From an uncultured bacterium (GTDB lineage: Bacteria; Bacillota_I; Bacilli_A; RFN20; CAG-826), in assembly GCA_949299395.1 (NCBI GenBank), contig CASGAB010000003.1:137-64136 (forward strand): a DNA stretch of 64,000 nt, in the 5' to 3' direction. How positions within the stretch are numbered: position 1 is the first letter of the stretch; every line of letters begins with the position of its first letter. Positions 61,353 to 64,000 of this stretch are shown here, piece by piece. The position numbers and the translations under genes are program-made. The notes under the pieces are model-generated. The model made no database searches. It was given only the letters and a program-made list of their open reading frames with translations, and was not told where the DNA came from.

Positions 61353-62552
61353 ATGACTTATTTTATTAAACAGATTGGCGAAAAGGATTGTGGAATTACC
61401 GCTTTAAAAATTTTGTTAGCAAATATCTATAAAAGGAAAGATTTTTTATTTTATCCTCAAACTAGTTTAAACGAGGTAGTATCTTTAAAAGAAATTATTA
61501 GAATTGCTAAAAATGAAGGTGTAGATCTACTTGCTTATCGAGTTAGTGATAAAAAAGCAGAAATTAAAAATTTAAGGGCTAAAAAAACTTTATTAGTTTT
61601 CAAAAAAGATGATGTTTTACACTTAATTTATTTAAAAAAAGTAAGAAAACATCGAATTGAAATATTAGATCCAAAAAACGGATTAATTTCTTTAAAAATA
61701 GAAGAATTTTTAACTCTTTGGAATGGAGAATTAGTTGAATTTAATAAGGTAAGAGGAAGTGAATTTTATTTAAAAAATAAAAATATTATTTCACCTAAAG
61801 TAGAGGTTGGATTATTTATTTTTCAATTAGTTACATATTCTTTCTTTTTAACTGGATTATATTTTATTAATTCAAATGTCGATTTTTTCATTCCTTTATC
61901 TTTATTTATTAGTTTTATTTTTTCGTTATTGCTTTTTAATTATTGTTTAATGAGTGTAATGAAAAAGACTGATTTAAAGCTATTTTTAGGTATTTATAAA
62001 AGCGAAGGATCATTAAGAAATAAATATTTAAAAATTACCGAACTTAAAACATTTTTATTTACTAACCAGATGAGTTTATTATCATCTTCACTTGTAATTA
62101 TTTTTACTTTATTAATTTTAGGAATAAATAGCTATTTAAGCATCGTCTTTTCTTTATCGATAATGATTTTTCAAATAACTTTTTTTGTTTTTTCAAATAA
62201 ATATATGATTTATAGGAAAAATAAAATTGAGAATCTTGAGAGTGGTTTATTTCGATATAAACAAGAAGAAGATGAAAAATTATTAGATAATTTTAAAAAA
62301 CTTAATAATGAGGTTTATAAATTTATTAATTTAAATAATTTACGAAAATATCTAATTATTTTAATAATTATCATCGCCTCATTATTTCTTTCTTCTTTTG
62401 AAGGAGTAATTTCTTTAAATTATGTTTTATTTCATATTTTTTCATTTTTCTATATTTCTTCAAATCTTGATAAAGTTTTATCTTTTAAGGAAAATTATGA
62501 AAAATTAAATTATTTAAAATCGGTTTATTTTTATTATTCGAAAAACTACTAA
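61353..62552 (+). CDS. C39 cysteine peptidase fused to a multi-pass membrane domain, no ATPase domain
   Basis: QIGEKDCG (Gln/Cys), LHL (His), ILDP (Asp) and LWNG; then ~5-6 hydrophobic helices; no Walker A or LSGGQ. Confidence 0.85.
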   Translation: MTYFIKQIGEKDCGITALKILLANIYKRKDFLFYPQTSLNEVVSLKEIIRIAKNEGVDLLAYRVSDKKAEIKNLRAKKTLLVFKKDDVLHLIYLKKVRKHRIEILDPKNGLISLKIEEFLTLWNGELVEFNKVRGSEFYLKNKNIISPKVEVGLFIFQLVTYSFFLTGLYFINSNVDFFIPLSLFISFIFSLLLFNYCLMSVMKKTDLKLFLGIYKSEGSLRNKYLKITELKTFLFTNQMSLLSSSLVIIFTLLILGINSYLSIVFSLSIMIFQITFFVFSNKYMIYRKNKIENLESGLFRYKQEEDEKLLDNFKKLNNEVYKFINLNNLRKYLIILIIIIASLFLSSFEGVISLNYVLFHIFSFFYISSNLDKVLSFKENYEKLNYLKSVYFYYSKNY

Positions 62553-62581
62553 AAAGTTGATAATTCTGATATAATTTTGGC

Positions 62582-63046
62582 ATGGAATTATATATTAATA
62601 ACACGCTTCCTATAGATATTTCTAATTATGAAATAGTATTTAACAAGCTTGCTTTAAAAACACTTAAACATCTTAAATTAAGCGATAATATAATTTGTTC
62701 GGTTACTTTTGTTGATATTCCTACAATTCATGAAATTAATAAAAATTATCGTAATGTGGATCGACCAACCGATGTTATTTCGTTTGCTTTTTTAGATGAT
62801 AAAAACGAAATTATTAAAGGCGATATTCCTCTCGATATTGGAGAATTATATATTTGTTATGATGTCGCTAATAAAAATAGATTAAAATACAATAACTCAA
62901 TCGAAAGAGAAATTTCATTTCTTTTTGTTCATGGATTATTACATCTTTTAGGATATGATCATATGGAAAAAGAAGATGAAGAAGTAATGTTTAAATTACA
63001 AGATGAAATTCTTGAAGGAGAAGATTTATGGATAAAAAAGAATTAG
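62582..63046 (+). CDS. ybeY: rRNA maturation endonuclease YbeY
   Basis: YRNVDRPTDVISF and HGLLHLLGYDH. Confidence 0.97.
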   Translation: MELYINNTLPIDISNYEIVFNKLALKTLKHLKLSDNIICSVTFVDIPTIHEINKNYRNVDRPTDVISFAFLDDKNEIIKGDIPLDIGELYICYDVANKNRLKYNNSIEREISFLFVHGLLHLLGYDHMEKEDEEVMFKLQDEILEGEDLWIKKN

Positions 63047-63429
63047 TTAATGAAGCGATTAAAGCAAGTGAATTTGCTCATGTTCCTTATTCGAATTTTC
63101 ATGTTGGAGCCGCGATGCTTTTAAAAGATGGAAGAATATTTACTGGAGCAAATATGGAATCTTCTTCATATGGATTAACAATTTGTGCTGAAAGAAACTG
63201 TATTTTTGGTGCTTATGCTAGAGGCGTAAAAAAAGGCGATATTATCGCTTTTGCTGTTGTCGCTGATACTTCAACACCAGTTTCTCCTTGTGGAGCTTGT
63301 AGACAAATTATTGCTGAATATTTAAACAAAGATGTTCCAATTTATTTAGCAAATTTTAAAGGTGAAATTGTTGAATATAAAATCGAAGAATTAATTCCTT
63401 ATTATTTCGATGGAAGTGAGCTTAAATAA
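63028..63429 (+). CDS. cdd: cytidine deaminase
   Basis: PYSNFHVGAA, ICAER and PCGACRQ. Confidence 0.97.
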   Translation: MDKKELVNEAIKASEFAHVPYSNFHVGAAMLLKDGRIFTGANMESSSYGLTICAERNCIFGAYARGVKKGDIIAFAVVADTSTPVSPCGACRQIIAEYLNKDVPIYLANFKGEIVEYKIEELIPYYFDGSELK

Positions 63430-64000
63430 TGAAAAGTGGTTTTGTAACTATTTTAGGTAGACCAAATGTAGGAAAATCTACCTTAATTAATACGATTATT
63501 GGTAAAAAAATATCAATTATTAGTCCAAAAAGTCAAACAACAAGAGATGCGATTCAAGGTATTTATAATGATGAAGATTCGCAAATTATTTTTGTTGATA
63601 CTCCTGGAATTCATAAACCTAAAACTGAATTAGAAAAAGAAATGGATAAAATTGCATATTACAATGCGAAAAATAACGATTTAGTTCTTTTAATGGTTGA
63701 TGCTTCTAAAAAGTTTTCTGATTCTGATATTTTTATTGCTAAAAATGTTCGTTTTAAAACACCGGTTATCATTGTTTTTAGCAAGATTGATTTAACAAAT
63801 GTTATTTTAATTAATGAATTAAAAGATAAATATAAAGAATTATTCCCAGAATCTGAAATGGTTGAAATTAGTAGTTTAGAAAACTTTAATATCGATTTTT
63901 TAATTTCTCGAATTAAAACTTATTTACCAGAAGGACCTCAATATTATGATATAAATACAATAACAAATCGTGATTTTACTTTTATGGTCCAAGAAATCAT
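63429..64000 (+). CDS. era: GTPase Era (3'-truncated by window end)
   Basis: Hand translation MKSGFVTILGRPNVGKST...QTTRD...DTPGIHKP; ATG overlaps the cdd stop. Confidence 0.96.
   Translation, partial: MKSGFVTILGRPNVGKSTLINTIIGKKISIISPKSQTTRDAIQGIYNDEDSQIIFVDTPGIHKPKTELEKEMDKIAYYNAKNNDLVLLMVDASKKFSDSDIFIAKNVRFKTPVIIVFSKIDLTNVILINELKDKYKELFPESEMVEISSLENFNIDFLISRIKTYLPEGPQYYDINTITNRDFTFMVQEI

Overview
Very AT-rich chromosomal segment from a low-GC Bacillota. It is probably an uncultured, genome-reduced gut Bacilli lineage (Erysipelotrichales/RFN20/RF39-like), inferred from gene content, the short IF2, the long NusA tail and gene order. About 60 genes are present, mostly on the + strand. The first ~6 kb is accessory: a lipoprotein flavodoxin/cyclophilin-like pair split by one in-frame TAA, a MutT NUDIX convergent with a SauUSI-like type IV restriction enzyme, a candidate anti-SD small RNA and an esterase. 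The rest is housekeeping: rimP-nusA-ylxR-infB-rbfA, ribF-rpsO, an ABC exporter pair, pnp, rnj, ftsK, pulA, pdp, rarA, dtd-mnmA, T-box-alaS-ruvX-greA, comEA-comEC-holA, rpsT, fmt, lepA, hemW-hrcA-grpE-dnaK-dnaJ, rsmE-mtaB, rpmF, deoC, rpsU and ybeY-cdd-era. The most notable signal is a shared bipartite promoter-like motif (AAATTTTYAAAAAARTGA-N18-AGCATTCTTGT) upstream of both comEA-comEC and an orphan C39-peptidase/membrane protein that lacks an ATPase. At comEA the motif sits in the loop of an RBS-sequestering hairpin, suggesting an undescribed competence regulon. Other signals: hints of CGG=Trp recoding and near-absence of TGA stops; catalytically degenerate Fic and RNase J proteins; a Cys/His-rich GrpE; and many apparently leaderless genes. 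I saw no tRNA, rRNA, CRISPR array, IS or prophage. All calls come from reading the sequence by eye; no searches were run.
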